A stretch of 64,000 bases of DNA from a bacterium (GCA_965261595.1 CBDHDG010000006.1:1376001-1440000), one strand, 5' to 3'; shown: positions 11,168 to 20,782, counted from the stretch's first letter. The notes: generated from the sequence alone by a model not told the origin. A program made the numbers and translations.

Positions 11168-11200
11168 GAACGGTCCACCGACTGAACGGTCCATCGACTG
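11168..11200 (+). repeat. 16-bp tandem duplication, intergenic
   Basis: GAACGGTCCACCGACT GAACGGTCCATCGACT G. Confidence 0.8.
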
Positions 11201-11217
11201 TAAGGAGTGAGAAGAGG

Positions 11218-12270
11218 ATGATCGAGCGAAACCCTTGGGATTCCCGCAAGCGGGTGTGCGACTCCATGTTCGACGCCATCGGGAACACCCCCCTCGTCCG
11301 GCTGAACAAGATCCCCGCCGATGTGAACGCGGACATCTACTGCAAAATCGAGTGGTTCAGTCCGACCGGCAGCCTGAAGGACCGCATCTACTACAACATG
11401 ATCACCGAAGCCGTCTCGCGCGGCGACCTGAAGCCCGGGATGACCATCCTGGAGTGCTCGACGGGCAACGCCGGGACCGCCTGCGCCTGGGTGGCCACGC
11501 TCTTGGGCTACGATTGCATCATCACCATGCCCGTCGGTATGAGCGACGAGCGCAAAAAGCTGATGCGGGCCTACGGGGCCGAGCTCGTCTTCACGCCGGG
11601 CGGCGAGAGCGACGTGGACCTGGCCCTGGAGAAGGCCTTCGAGATCAAGGCGGAGGAACCCGAGAAGTACTGGATCCCCAACCAGTTCGACAACAACGAC
11701 AACGTCATGGCGCACTACATCACGACCGGGCCGGAGATCTGGGAGCAGACCGAAGGGAAACTCGAAGCCCTGGTCGGAACGCAGGGCAGCGGAGGCGGCA
11801 TCACGGGCATCGCCAAATACCTCCGGGAACAGAATTCAAGCGTTCAGCTCTGGGCCGTCGAGCCCGAAGAATGCCCGATGCTCTCCGAGAGAAAATGGGG
11901 CTCCCACGGCATCGAGGGCATCGGCGACGGCCTCGTCCCCCGGAACCTGCACCTCGAGCACGTGACGGGGATCATCACGACCCACACCGACGAGGCGGTC
12001 GAAATGGCCAGGCGGCTGGCCCGCGAGGAGGGGATCTTCTGCGGCATCTCCTCCGGAAGCAATGTGGCGGCGGCCCTGAAACTCGCACGCAAGCACCCCG
12101 AGCTCGGCTACATCGTCTGCATGACGAACGACACCGGCCAGCGGTATTTCTCAACAGCCTTGTGCGGCGAGGAGAAGGAGGTCGAGATCCCGGACAGAGA
12201 CCACCCCCTGGACGATTACACGGTCGAACAACTGGACAAGTTCCAGGCCGGCTGGGAGATCATCACGTAA
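11218..12270 (+). CDS. PLP-dependent cysteine synthase family protein (CysK/CysM/CBS-like)
   Basis: IGNTPLVRL, PTGSLKDR, STGNAG, NQFDN, TGPEIWEQ, HGIEGIG, GISSG; ATG 11218 with GAGG RBS. Confidence 0.9.
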   Translation: MIERNPWDSRKRVCDSMFDAIGNTPLVRLNKIPADVNADIYCKIEWFSPTGSLKDRIYYNMITEAVSRGDLKPGMTILECSTGNAGTACAWVATLLGYDCIITMPVGMSDERKKLMRAYGAELVFTPGGESDVDLALEKAFEIKAEEPEKYWIPNQFDNNDNVMAHYITTGPEIWEQTEGKLEALVGTQGSGGGITGIAKYLREQNSSVQLWAVEPEECPMLSERKWGSHGIEGIGDGLVPRNLHLEHVTGIITTHTDEAVEMARRLAREEGIFCGISSGSNVAAALKLARKHPELGYIVCMTNDTGQRYFSTALCGEEKEVEIPDRDHPLDDYTVEQLDKFQAGWEIIT

Positions 12271-12393
12271 CCCGCCTCCGGCTCTCCCGCCGCGAAGCGG
12301 ACGCGGACATCCCGAGGCTTTGAACCGCGCCCCTCATCCGTCCTCTTCGCGGGAACCGGGGCCTAACCTTTCCGAAGTCGAGCGAGCGCAAGC

Positions 12394-13287
12394 ATGAAAA
12401 CGATGCAGCCCGATGTCATTGACCTGGAAGACGCGATCGACATCCACTTCCATCCTCACCCGGACCTGATCCCCCGGGCCACGGACGACCGCGGCGTCGT
12501 CCAGCGGGCCGAAGAATGCCGGATACGGGCCGTCGTCCTGAAGTGCCACTTCGAGTCCACTGTCGGCCGCGCCTACAACGTGGGCCAGAACTTCGAATCC
12601 ATCGACGTGTACGGCGGGCTGGTCCTCAACCGGCACACCGGCGGCATGAACCCCGCCGCGGCGGAGGTCTCCGTCCGCCTGGGCGCCAAGATCATCTGGA
12701 TGCCCACCGTGGACGCCGACTTTCACGCGCAAACCTACGGTTTCACGGGCGGTTACAACACCCAGAAGAGCGATTCCCGCCCCGTCGAGCCCATCTCGAT
12801 CGTCCGGGAGGACGGCAAGCTGACACAGGAGTGTCAGGACGTCCTGGACGTTCTCGCCCAGGACAACAGCGCCGCCCTGGCGACGGGGCACTTCAGCGCG
12901 GAGCACGTGGACATCCTCGTCCGGGCGGCCGTGGAGCGCGGGGTCAAGCGGATCATCCTCCAGCACGTTTATTTCAAGATTCCGGCGATGACGCACGACC
13001 GCGTGAAATCCCTGACGGCCCTGGACGGCGTGATCGCCGAGCTCGAGTACTGCGGGATCTCGCCCTTCTGGGCGCAGCCGGGCCAGACGCTGGAATTGAT
13101 GCGCGAAGGGATCGCGGAAATCGGCGCGGACCACTTCATCCTGATCTCCGACGGCGGCCAGCGCCACAACCCCCTGCCCGCCGACGGCTTGCGCATCCTC
13201 GCCCAGTCGTTCTATGAAAAAGGGGTCACCCGGGAAGAGCTGCGCACGATGATGTGCGTCAATCCCGCGAAGACCCTGGATCTCTGA
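12394..13287 (+). CDS. DUF6282-like metal-dependent TIM-barrel (amidohydrolase/PHP-like) protein
   Basis: AIDIHFHPHPD, VVLKCH, GGLVLN...GGMNP, IWMPT, LATGH, LISDGGQ, NPA. Confidence 0.7.
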   Translation: MKTMQPDVIDLEDAIDIHFHPHPDLIPRATDDRGVVQRAEECRIRAVVLKCHFESTVGRAYNVGQNFESIDVYGGLVLNRHTGGMNPAAAEVSVRLGAKIIWMPTVDADFHAQTYGFTGGYNTQKSDSRPVEPISIVREDGKLTQECQDVLDVLAQDNSAALATGHFSAEHVDILVRAAVERGVKRIILQHVYFKIPAMTHDRVKSLTALDGVIAELEYCGISPFWAQPGQTLELMREGIAEIGADHFILISDGGQRHNPLPADGLRILAQSFYEKGVTREELRTMMCVNPAKTLDL

Positions 13288-13305
13288 CCCGAGGAGGGAA
13301 GTCTC

Positions 13306-14121
13306 ATGACCACCGCGGCCGTTTCCAAGGAAGACCTGCTCGACCTGAGCCCCGGCGAGATCCGCGCCCTCACCCGCGAGCGAAGATGGACGGGCGGCAC
13401 GGAGGGCCTGGCGCGGGGGTATGCCCAGGCGAACCTGGTCATCGTCCCGCGGGAGGCGGCGTTCGACTTTTTACTCTTCTGCCAGCGGAACCCCAAGCCC
13501 TGCCCCATCGTCGAAGTCACCGATCCGGGATCTCCCCTCGTCTGCCAAGTGGCCCGGGACGCCGACCTGAGGACGGACCTCGCCCGGTACTGTGTCTACG
13601 AGGGCGGCGTGTGCGTGGACGAGCCGGAGGACATCACGGACTACTGGCGGGACGACCTGGTGGGCTTCCTCATCGGTTGCAGTTACTCTTTCGAGACCGC
13701 CCTGCTCAACGCCAACATCCCCCTCCGCCACCTGGAGGAGGACAAGATCGTCTCCGTCTACACGACAAACGTGCCGTGCGAGCCGGGGGGCCGCTTCGAG
13801 GGGCCGATGGTCGTCAGCATGCGGCCGATCCGCCGCGAACAGGTTGTCCGAGCCATCCAGGTGACCTCCCGGTTTCCGGCCACGCACGGCGCTCCGGTGC
13901 ACATCGGCGACCCCTCGGTCATCGGAATCGACAGCCTGGACGACGTCGACTTCGAAACAGGCCGCGTGGAAATCGGACCCGACGAGGTTCCCCTCTTCTG
14001 GGGCTGCGGCTGCACGCCCCAGGCGGCGGCGATGAAGGCCGGACTCGACTTCATGATTACGCACAAAGCAGGCCACCTGTTCATTACGGATACGCTGTCC
14101 GAGGAGATCGCCGCGCTCTGA
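13306..14121 (+). CDS. DUF1445/YcsI putative hydro-lyase (D-glutamate cyclase-like), copy 1
   Basis: GYAQANL, FCQRNPKPCP, DADLRTDL, FLIGCSYSFE, VVSMRP, HGAPVHIGDP, FWGCGCTPQ. Confidence 0.9.
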   Translation: MTTAAVSKEDLLDLSPGEIRALTRERRWTGGTEGLARGYAQANLVIVPREAAFDFLLFCQRNPKPCPIVEVTDPGSPLVCQVARDADLRTDLARYCVYEGGVCVDEPEDITDYWRDDLVGFLIGCSYSFETALLNANIPLRHLEEDKIVSVYTTNVPCEPGGRFEGPMVVSMRPIRREQVVRAIQVTSRFPATHGAPVHIGDPSVIGIDSLDDVDFETGRVEIGPDEVPLFWGCGCTPQAAAMKAGLDFMITHKAGHLFITDTLSEEIAAL

Positions 14122-14170
14122 TCGCCGCCGATGGAGACGCGCCGGCCGCACCTGGATCCCGAGAACGCCC

Positions 14171-14986
14171 GTGACGACCGGAACCCTTTCGAAGGAAGCC
14201 CTCTCGGGCCTGAGCCCGCGGGAAATTCGAGCCCGAATCCGGGATGGCCGTTGGACGGAAAGGGCGGAGGGCGTGGCCCCGGGCTACGCCATGGCCAACC
14301 TGACCGTCATCCCGAAGGACGCGGCGTTCGACTTCCTGACGTTCTGCCTGCGGAACCCGGTTCCCTGCCCCATCATCGAGGTGACCGACCCGGGCTCTCC
14401 ATGGGTCAAGCGGGCCGCCCGGGACGCGGACCTGAGAACGGATCTCGGAAGGTACCGCGTTTACCGACATGGCGAGCCGGTCGATGAGACGGATGACATC
14501 AGCGAGCACTGGCGCGACGATTTGGTGGGGTTCCTCCTGGGTTGCAGCTATTCCTTCGAGACCGCCCTGCTCAACGCGAACGTTTCGCTTCGCCATATCG
14601 AGGAAAAGAAAATCGCCCCCGTTTACGCAACGCGCGTTCCCTGTACGCCGGCCGGCCGGTTCTCCGGTCCCATGATGGTCAGCATGCGGCCGATCCGCCG
14701 CGACCAGGTGGTCCGCGCCGTTCAGGTCACATCGCGCTTCCCGGCGACGCACGGAGCGCCGGTCCACATCGGCGATCCGTCGGCGATCGGGATCGACGAC
14801 CTGAATGACGTGTGCTGCGACACCGACCGGATCGAAGTCCGGCCGGATGAAGTCCCCGTCTTCTGGGGTTGCGCCTTCACGGCCCACGCGGCCGCCGTGA
14901 AATCCAAGCTCGACCTTTTGATCACCCATCAGTCGGGCCACCTGCTCATTACGGATATGCTGTCGGAGGAGATTGCCGCCTTGTAG
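14171..14986 (+). CDS. DUF1445/YcsI putative hydro-lyase, copy 2
   Basis: Same motifs with variants AMANL, NPVPCP, FWGCAFTAH. Confidence 0.9.
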   Translation: MTTGTLSKEALSGLSPREIRARIRDGRWTERAEGVAPGYAMANLTVIPKDAAFDFLTFCLRNPVPCPIIEVTDPGSPWVKRAARDADLRTDLGRYRVYRHGEPVDETDDISEHWRDDLVGFLLGCSYSFETALLNANVSLRHIEEKKIAPVYATRVPCTPAGRFSGPMMVSMRPIRRDQVVRAVQVTSRFPATHGAPVHIGDPSAIGIDDLNDVCCDTDRIEVRPDEVPVFWGCAFTAHAAAVKSKLDLLITHQSGHLLITDMLSEEIAAL

Positions 14987-15039
14987 GCGGACCCAAGAGG
15001 CGATCCCGGCCCCTCGGACCTGATTCCGGAGAGAGACGA

Positions 15040-15855
15040 ATGACCACCGCAACGCTGTCCAAAGAAGACCTCTCGGGGCTGCACCCGCGTGAAATCCGGG
15101 CGCTTGTCCGGGAGCGCAAATGGACCCGGACAACGCAGGACCTGGCGGGAGGGTACGCCCAGGCCAACCTGGCCATCCTGCCGCGTGAGGCGGCGTTCGA
15201 CTTCCTGACGTTCTGCGTGCGGAACCCGAAGCCCTGCCCCATCATCGAGGTGACCGACCCGGGATCACCCATCGTGAAGCGAGTGGCCAAGGACGCCGAT
15301 TTGCGGACGGATCTCCCCGGCTACCGCATATACGAGCGGGGCAAGCTGACGGCCGAGGTGGAGGACATCACGGATTACTGGCGGGACGATCTGGTCGGAT
15401 TTCTCATCGGGTGCAGCTTCACTTTCGAGGCGGCGCTCCTGAACGCCAACGTCAACTTCAAGCACCACGAGGGAGACAAACCCTCCTGCGTCTACGTAAC
15501 GAACGTCCCGTGCGTCCCGGCGGGCCGGTTCTTCGGACCGTTGGCGGTGAGCATGCGGTCGATCCGCCAGGACCAGGTCGTCCGGGCCGTCCAGGTGACA
15601 TCGCGCTTTCCGGCGACCCACGGTGCCCCTGTCCACATCGGCGATCCGTCGGCCATCGGCATCGACGACCTGGACGACGTCAGCTTCGGGACCGGCCGGG
15701 TGGAGGTGAAACCCGGTGAGGTCCCGGTCTTCTGGGCGTGCGGGGTCACGCCCCAGGCCGTCGCCCTGGAGTCCAAGGTCGATTTCATGATCACCCACAA
15801 GTCCGGACACCTGTTCATCACAGACACGTTGTCGGAGGAAATCGCGGCGTTCTGA
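15040..15855 (+). CDS. DUF1445/YcsI putative hydro-lyase, copy 3
   Basis: Start MTTATLSK at 15040; canonical GCSFTFE and FWACGVTPQ. Confidence 0.9.
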   Translation: MTTATLSKEDLSGLHPREIRALVRERKWTRTTQDLAGGYAQANLAILPREAAFDFLTFCVRNPKPCPIIEVTDPGSPIVKRVAKDADLRTDLPGYRIYERGKLTAEVEDITDYWRDDLVGFLIGCSFTFEAALLNANVNFKHHEGDKPSCVYVTNVPCVPAGRFFGPLAVSMRSIRQDQVVRAVQVTSRFPATHGAPVHIGDPSAIGIDDLDDVSFGTGRVEVKPGEVPVFWACGVTPQAVALESKVDFMITHKSGHLFITDTLSEEIAAF

Positions 15856-15895
15856 CGGACGGCCGGCGGGGAATTCAACAACCGAAAGGATATCC

Positions 15896-16927
15896 ATGAA
15901 GGCAGCCCTCTATCACGAATACGGACCGCCCGAGGTCCTGAAGTACGAGGACATCGACCCCTTGCCGGTCGGTCCGCGCGACGCCATGCTCAAGGTCCGG
16001 GCCACGTCCCTCAACTGGTTCGACGTCATCGGCCGCAACGGCGAGTACCGCCCCAACAAGACCCTGCCCCACATCCTGGGCGGCGACATCACGGGCGAGG
16101 TCGTCGAGGTCGGCGCGGAGGTGACCCACGTCAAGCCGGGGGACCCGGTCGTGGTCTACGCCACTGTCCATTGCGGGAACTGCGAAACCTGCTGGAAGGG
16201 CGAGCCGAACTGCTGCCGGAACTACAAGTATTACGGCTCCGCCCTGTGGGGGGGGTACGCCCAGTACTGGACCGGCCGGGCCGAAAACCTGGTGCCTTTG
16301 TACCAGGGGCTCGATTTCGCCGAGTGCGCCGCCATCAACATCACGTTCCTGACTTCCTGGCACATGCTGGCGCGCGCCGGAATCCGGGCGGGCGAGGAAA
16401 TCCTCATCCACGCGGCGGGGAGCGGCGTCGGCGTGGCCGCGGTGCAGATCGCCAAGCTGACGGGCCTGCGGGTCATCGGAACGGCCGGCAGCGACGAGAA
16501 ATGCCGGCGGGCGATCGATCTCGGCGCGGACCACATGATCAACTACAAAGAACAGGACTTCCGCGAAGAGGTGATGAAGCTCACCGGCAAGCGCGGCGTG
16601 GACGTGGTTTTCGAGCACGTCGGCAAGGACACGTGGGAGGGCAGCATCCGCAGTCTGACCCGAATGGGCCGGCTCGTGACATGCGGCGCCTCTTCCGGTT
16701 ACGACGTGACGACCAACGTGGCCCACATCTTCCATAAGCAACTGACCATCATCGGCTCGAACCACGGGACCATGCATGAGCTGGCCACGATCATCAAATT
16801 GCTCGAGGCCGGCAAGCTGAAACCGGTCATCGACCGGAAATTTCCGTTGCGGGAAGCCGCCGAGGCCCACCGGCTCCTGGAGTCGCGTCAGGTCTTCGGA
16901 AAAATCGTCCTGGAGCCCGAGCACTAG
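15896..16927 (+). CDS. Zinc-binding MDR dehydrogenase/quinone oxidoreductase
   Basis: YGPPEVL, CGNCETC...C structural Zn lobe, AAGSGVG nucleotide motif, FGKIVL. Confidence 0.9.
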   Translation: MKAALYHEYGPPEVLKYEDIDPLPVGPRDAMLKVRATSLNWFDVIGRNGEYRPNKTLPHILGGDITGEVVEVGAEVTHVKPGDPVVVYATVHCGNCETCWKGEPNCCRNYKYYGSALWGGYAQYWTGRAENLVPLYQGLDFAECAAINITFLTSWHMLARAGIRAGEEILIHAAGSGVGVAAVQIAKLTGLRVIGTAGSDEKCRRAIDLGADHMINYKEQDFREEVMKLTGKRGVDVVFEHVGKDTWEGSIRSLTRMGRLVTCGASSGYDVTTNVAHIFHKQLTIIGSNHGTMHELATIIKLLEAGKLKPVIDRKFPLREAAEAHRLLESRQVFGKIVLEPEH

Positions 16928-17064
16928 GAGGCGGGAGAGCGAGAGGCAACCGGCCCGCGACGCTCCCCCGCATCCATCGCAATCGCGCCGGATTCATACC
17001 CGAAGCGGGCCGACGGCCATGTGAAAATGGGCTTTCGGCGCCTTTCAGATTCAGCCATCAGTTA

Positions 17065-18579
17065 ATGGGAGAGCGTACCAAGATGACCACAGATCGCAAG
17101 CGGCCCTTCGAAATCAAGCCGGACACCCGTCCGAACTGGCCCTTTCAGTCCCTGCGGGATTACATGTCCTACCTGGACGAGCGCGGCCGCATGCTCCACG
17201 TGGACAAGCCCTCGGACGTCCGGTTCGAGATCGGCGCCGTCAGCAAAAAGCTGATGGAGGACGGCTCCGACAAGGCGTGCATGTTCTGGAACGCCCACTC
17301 CTCCCACCCGGATTGGCACGTGGAGCCGCCTTACGACGTCGTGGTGGACGGCACCCACCGCCACGTCCGGATGGTCGAGGACGCCTTCAACGTCTCCCGG
17401 GACGAGTTGTTCGAGACTTGGATCGACCGGCTTCAGCCCTCCAAGCTCCTGGACCCGGTGATCGTGGACCGCTCCGAGGCCCCGTGCAAAGAGGTGGTCA
17501 TCCCCGAGGAGGAGGTGGACCTCTACAAGCTCCCCATCGACATGTGCACCGCCAAAATGGGCGGCCCCTTCCTCTCGAAGGCGGTCTGCTTCACCCGCCA
17601 TCCGGACACGGGGACGAGCAACTTCGCCATCTACCGCCTCCACGCCAAGGGGCCCAAGCACACGGGCATCCTCATCGTCCCCAACCAGCACGTGGCGTCG
17701 GTCTACGCCAAGTACGGCTCGGAGGGGAAGGACATGCCCATGTGCGCCGCCCTCGGGGTGGACCCGATGATGAGCATCATCTCCGGCGCCCCGGTGCCCA
17801 CCGACTCGCCGGAGGAGCAGGTGTGGGGCGCCATGACGGGAAGGCCCCTGCCGATGGTGAAATCCGAGCTTTGCGACATGAACGTCCCGGCCTACGCCGA
17901 GTACATCCTCGAAGGGGAGGTGATCCACGACCTGCGCGATTCCGAAGGCCCCTACGGGGAGTACACAGGCTACTACTCGGGCATCCGCGACCTCCCGGTC
18001 TTCAAGGTCAAGTGCATCACGCACCGCAAGCAGCCCATCTACGAATCCGTCACGATCGGCAAACCGCCCAGTGAGGGGAACTTCCTCGTGGAGATGGGCT
18101 TCAACCTGGAAATGACGCGCGGCATCCGGGCCTACCTGCCCGAGGTGAAAGCCGTCCGCTCGCTCATGTGCCACGGTCTGGTCACGGTCGTGCAAATCGA
18201 CAAGAAGCGCCGGTACAAGGGCCTGGCCTTCCGGGCGGGACACATGGTCTGGAGCAAGAAGGCCCTGGTCAAAAACGTCCTGGTCATCGACGACGACATC
18301 GACATCTGGGACAACGACGACGTCTGGTGGGCCTTCGCGACGCACACCCAGGCCCACAAGTCGGTCCAGATCGTCCCGGACGTCTCCGGTTGCCGCCTGG
18401 ACCCGTCCGAGCCGTTCGGCGGGGAGGAGGGAGTGTCGTGCAAGATGGTCATCGACTGCACCGAGCCGTTTCCGCCCTACCACGCCCCCTACATGCGCGG
18501 CGTGGCCGGACCGGACGAGGAGACGTACAAACGGGTCCTGGAGAACTGGGACACGTACTGGGAAAACGGCGCGCCCTGA
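17065..18579 (+). CDS. UbiD family prFMN-dependent (de)carboxylase
   Basis: APCKEVV, NFAIYRL, VPAYAEYILEG, EGPYGEYTGYY, VIDDDIDI, LDPS, KMVIDCT; start may be 17083. Confidence 0.92.
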   Translation: MGERTKMTTDRKRPFEIKPDTRPNWPFQSLRDYMSYLDERGRMLHVDKPSDVRFEIGAVSKKLMEDGSDKACMFWNAHSSHPDWHVEPPYDVVVDGTHRHVRMVEDAFNVSRDELFETWIDRLQPSKLLDPVIVDRSEAPCKEVVIPEEEVDLYKLPIDMCTAKMGGPFLSKAVCFTRHPDTGTSNFAIYRLHAKGPKHTGILIVPNQHVASVYAKYGSEGKDMPMCAALGVDPMMSIISGAPVPTDSPEEQVWGAMTGRPLPMVKSELCDMNVPAYAEYILEGEVIHDLRDSEGPYGEYTGYYSGIRDLPVFKVKCITHRKQPIYESVTIGKPPSEGNFLVEMGFNLEMTRGIRAYLPEVKAVRSLMCHGLVTVVQIDKKRRYKGLAFRAGHMVWSKKALVKNVLVIDDDIDIWDNDDVWWAFATHTQAHKSVQIVPDVSGCRLDPSEPFGGEEGVSCKMVIDCTEPFPPYHAPYMRGVAGPDEETYKRVLENWDTYWENGAP

Positions 18580-18623
18580 CGCCGGTGGAGCCGGCCTGAC
18601 GCCCGGGGCGGAAAGGAGTCCCT

Positions 18624-18842
18624 TTGAGCGAGGAAAAACCGAAGTCCGATTTCAAGATATCCTACTCCGAGCGCCCCGTGGAGATCGTCCCGGAGGGGAT
18701 CAAGTGCGGGTGCGGGTCCCTCATGCAGCTCTTCACCGAGCACCGCAGCGAGCACGGCGGGGAGATCATCTCGAGGATCTTCGTCTGCGCCCGATGCAAC
18801 AACGAAGCGGGCCTGAAGCTGGGCGGGGGCGCGCTGATCTAG
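18624..18842 (+). CDS. Small zinc-ribbon protein, possible UbiD accessory subunit
   Basis: 72 aa, CGCG...CARC; TTG start with AAGGAG RBS directly after UbiD. Confidence 0.65.
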   Translation: MSEEKPKSDFKISYSERPVEIVPEGIKCGCGSLMQLFTEHRSEHGGEIISRIFVCARCNNEAGLKLGGGALI

Positions 18843-18862
18843 CGTCTCGAAAGCAAAAGAGC

Positions 18863-18973
18863 TTTATCCACAGATTACACAGATTGCACAGATTATTAAG
18901 AAGAGAAAAACAGAAGATTCAGATCTTTTTTCGATTGAGCGAATTTAAAAAATCTGTGTAATCTGTGGATAAA
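18863..18973. repeat. REP/MITE-like element with a perfect 23-bp inverted repeat
   Basis: TTTATCCACAGATTACACAGATT (18863-18885) ... AATCTGTGTAATCTGTGGATAAA (18951-18973), AT-rich core; half-copy at 59601-59620. Confidence 0.85.
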
Positions 18974-19021
18974 AAAGGTTTTTCGCCCGTCGGAACCGCC
19001 GGGTCCCCGCGGAGAAAGCCG

Positions 19022-20575
19022 ATGCCCGAGCGATATGACGTGATCGTCGTCGGGGGCGGAACGGCGGGGTGCGTGATCGCCGGCCGACTCTCGGAGGATC
19101 CGCGAAAAAGCGTTCTGCTCATCGAGCGCGGACCCGACCCGCGGCCGATCCCGGAGGTGGTGTCCGACCCCGCGCAAGCCCGCCGGATCCGGACCGAGAC
19201 CGATTTCGTCGCCCGGTATCCCACCCGCAGGAATTTCGACGGAAGCCCGTTCGACACCCTGGCCGCCCGGGTCATGGGCGGCGGCTCCACCATCAACCTG
19301 ATGTCCGTCACCCGTCCGATCCGCGCGGATTTCGACGCCTGGGCCGCGGCCGGAAACCCGGCGTGGTCCTGGGAAGAAATGCTTCCGGTCATGAAACGGA
19401 TGGAAACGGACCGAGACTTTCCCGACAGTCCGCTCCACGGGGACAGCGGCCCCCTCCATCTGGCGCGGCGGCTGGACTTCAGCGGCCCCCCCCCGCTTCA
19501 AGGCATCGAGAAGGCCCTGGTGGAGGGCGCGGCGAGTCTGGGGCTGCCCGTCTCCCCGGACCAGAACGGCCCCGAGCCCTTCGGGATTTCCCGGACCGTC
19601 GCGAACATCAAGGACGGCCGCCGGCACTCCGCCCTCGAGGCCTATCTGGAACCGGCCCGGTCACGGAAAAACCTGCAAATCACGGCGGAGGCGCAGGTCC
19701 TGTCGCTTCAAATCGAGAAGGACCGGGTGACGGGCGTCCGGTATGAAAAGGACGGCCGGGCCCATTCGGTCTCGGGCGGGCGCGTCGTCCTGTCCGCCGG
19801 GGTTTACCACTCGCCGCAAATCCTCATGCTCTCCGGCATCGGCCCGCGGGCGGAGCTGGACCGGCGCGGCATCCGGACGGCCCATGCCCTGGAGGGCGTG
19901 GGCGGAAACCTTCAGGACCACGCGGTCGTCACGATGCGGTTCGAGGTCGCCCGGATCGAGGAGACGGACTGGCTCGTCCCCGGCTTCGTGGTGAACGGGA
20001 AGAGCAGCCCCGGCCGGGACTGCCTGGACTTCCACGTCTACATCCGCCCCCCCCTCCCCTCCCCCTCCCTCCCCCTCCCCCTCGCTCCGGCGCGGGGAGA
20101 AGATGGAAAATCCATTTACCCGATCACGGTTCACCTGCTGGAACAGCGGACGCGCGGAAATGTCACCCTGAAGTCCGCCGACCCCCGCGACCCGCCGGGG
20201 ATCGACACCCGAATGCTGGAAGACCCCGAAGACGCGGCCGCCATGGTCTCCGCGATGCGGCTCGTCGAGCGCCTGGCCGGGACCGGGCCGATGCGGGAAT
20301 TTTACGGACCCCTCCTCCAGCCCGGCCCGAAGGAGGACTGGGCCGTGCATGCGCGGTCGAATTACGACAGCTTCCGCCACGGCGTCGGCACGTGCGCCAT
20401 GGGTCCGGCTTCGAGCGAAACGGCGGTCGTCGATTCACGCCTCCGCGTCCACGGGATGGAGAACCTCTACGTCGCCGACGCCTCGGTCATTCCCGTCCTT
20501 CCCCACGCCCATACGAACCACGCCTGCATGATGATCGCCGAGCGGTTTTGCGAGCTGCTGGTCAAAACCGGATGA
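19022..20575 (+). CDS. GMC family FAD oxidoreductase (choline dehydrogenase-like)
   Basis: YDVIVVGGGTAG, MGGGSTIN, SPQILMLSGIG, VGGNLQDH, HGVGTCAMG, VADASV. Confidence 0.92.
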   Translation: MPERYDVIVVGGGTAGCVIAGRLSEDPRKSVLLIERGPDPRPIPEVVSDPAQARRIRTETDFVARYPTRRNFDGSPFDTLAARVMGGGSTINLMSVTRPIRADFDAWAAAGNPAWSWEEMLPVMKRMETDRDFPDSPLHGDSGPLHLARRLDFSGPPPLQGIEKALVEGAASLGLPVSPDQNGPEPFGISRTVANIKDGRRHSALEAYLEPARSRKNLQITAEAQVLSLQIEKDRVTGVRYEKDGRAHSVSGGRVVLSAGVYHSPQILMLSGIGPRAELDRRGIRTAHALEGVGGNLQDHAVVTMRFEVARIEETDWLVPGFVVNGKSSPGRDCLDFHVYIRPPLPSPSLPLPLAPARGEDGKSIYPITVHLLEQRTRGNVTLKSADPRDPPGIDTRMLEDPEDAAAMVSAMRLVERLAGTGPMREFYGPLLQPGPKEDWAVHARSNYDSFRHGVGTCAMGPASSETAVVDSRLRVHGMENLYVADASVIPVLPHAHTNHACMMIAERFCELLVKTG

Positions 20576-20782
20576 TCCCGCCTCTGTCGATCTCCGGGCG
20601 ACTGCGTACGGAGGGGGAGGGAAATTCGGGGAAGAGCAGACCAGAAGAAGAGACATCGGCAGGCCGGCCATGTCCCTTATTTCATCGGAGCGGGCCCTGA
20701 GTGGAGTCGAAGGATGCGGACGGCGCACCTTGGAATGTGCGACCGAGCCCCAAGCAGACCTCGAAAGCGAAATTCCGAAGCG

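Noticed and set aside
18863..18973. oriC (two perfect DnaA boxes around an AT-rich core)
   Set aside because: The boxes are part of a dispersed inverted repeat inside a metabolic operon; no dnaA/dnaN/gid context
20695..20714. REP-like CCCTGAGTGGAGTCGAAGGA half-site
   Set aside because: Only one copy seen and no complementary arm, so unsupported as an element
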